A stretch of 49,414 nt of DNA from Octopus bimaculoides (Eukaryota), in the NCBI RefSeq assembly GCF_001194135.2, contig NC_068985.1, positions 100,927,081 through 100,976,494 of the forward strand, in the 5' to 3' direction. Shown here piece by piece: positions 48,880 to 49,414 of the stretch. Made by a program: the position numbers and the translations under genes. Each line of letters begins with the position of its first letter. Position 1 is the first letter of the stretch. The notes under the pieces were generated by a model. That model made no database searches. It was not told where the DNA came from and saw only the letters and a list, made by a program, of their open reading frames with translations.

Positions 48880-49110
48880 GTTATTTCGGTGTTATTTCAC
48901 ATTTCCTGTTACCTTTTCTGGCGTGTGCCTATAACAACGTTTTCCTGTTGTTATTCCATGGTGTTGGCACAGCTTCCAGTGTATAGATACCAACTCTGTC
49001 GTGTCTGTGAATATATTCCTCCTTAGCCAGGACTGATCAGCCAGCGACAATATACGATTTATTGTTTCTTGTCCATCTCCACATATTCTGTAGTTACTTA
49101 TTACATTTCT
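48880..49110 (-). mobile_element. Fragment of an R4/Dong-type element: CCHC zinc-knuckle/RHD region
   Basis: Minus, with two frameshifts: YRICGDGQETINRIL / VLAKEEYIHRHDRVGIY / HWKLCQHHGITTGKRCYRHTPEKVTGN. Confidence 0.85.
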
Positions 49111-49414
49111 TTTCATTATATGTTATTTAAAATTTCCGGTGAGGAGGGTTTGGAATTGCGTGCAGTTATTATTATTATTTTATGTTTGACTTTTGTATTG
49201 CATTTGTACAAGTTGGATCCAAGTCTCACTCAGAGACCTCAAGAGACAACAAGTTAGAAGTTCATGTAGGTGTTATGCCTAGAGTACCATATATTTGGAT
49301 TTGTACAGTTTTGTTCAAGTGAATATTTAAGAAACCATAAGAAAATTATGTGTTTGCTTTAAAATTTGAGATCACATAGACAGTATTTTACGTAGGATAT
49401 GGGCAGTTCCCATG

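Overview
AT-rich eukaryotic genomic DNA, dense in microsatellites, with 12 assembly gaps that mostly abut (TA)n/(CA)n/(GA)n runs. The repeat landscape looks like an octopod cephalopod (Octopus-like); this is recognition from memory, not a database result. No host protein-coding gene is confidently identifiable, and the supplied ORF track is almost all artefact (N-runs, microsatellite translations). Supportable content is transposon-derived: the 3' part of a CR1/L2-group LINE (1-1004); three decayed fragments of R4/Dong-type restriction-like-endonuclease LINEs (6146-7140, 14190-15050, 48880-49110, all minus); a Penelope-like GIY-YIG relic followed by a tRNA-like Pol III head and a degenerate hammerhead-ribozyme-like core (19375-20020, minus); a Helitron helicase fragment (46376-46632); one apparently young full-length tRNA-SINE with an 11-bp TSD; about 8 copies of a second tRNA-SINE family, three with clear TSDs; and several minisatellites and local duplications. 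A few weak splice-site-bounded candidate exons suggest the window may lie in introns of a large gene. The most interesting item is the PLE / tRNA-head / hammerhead composite.
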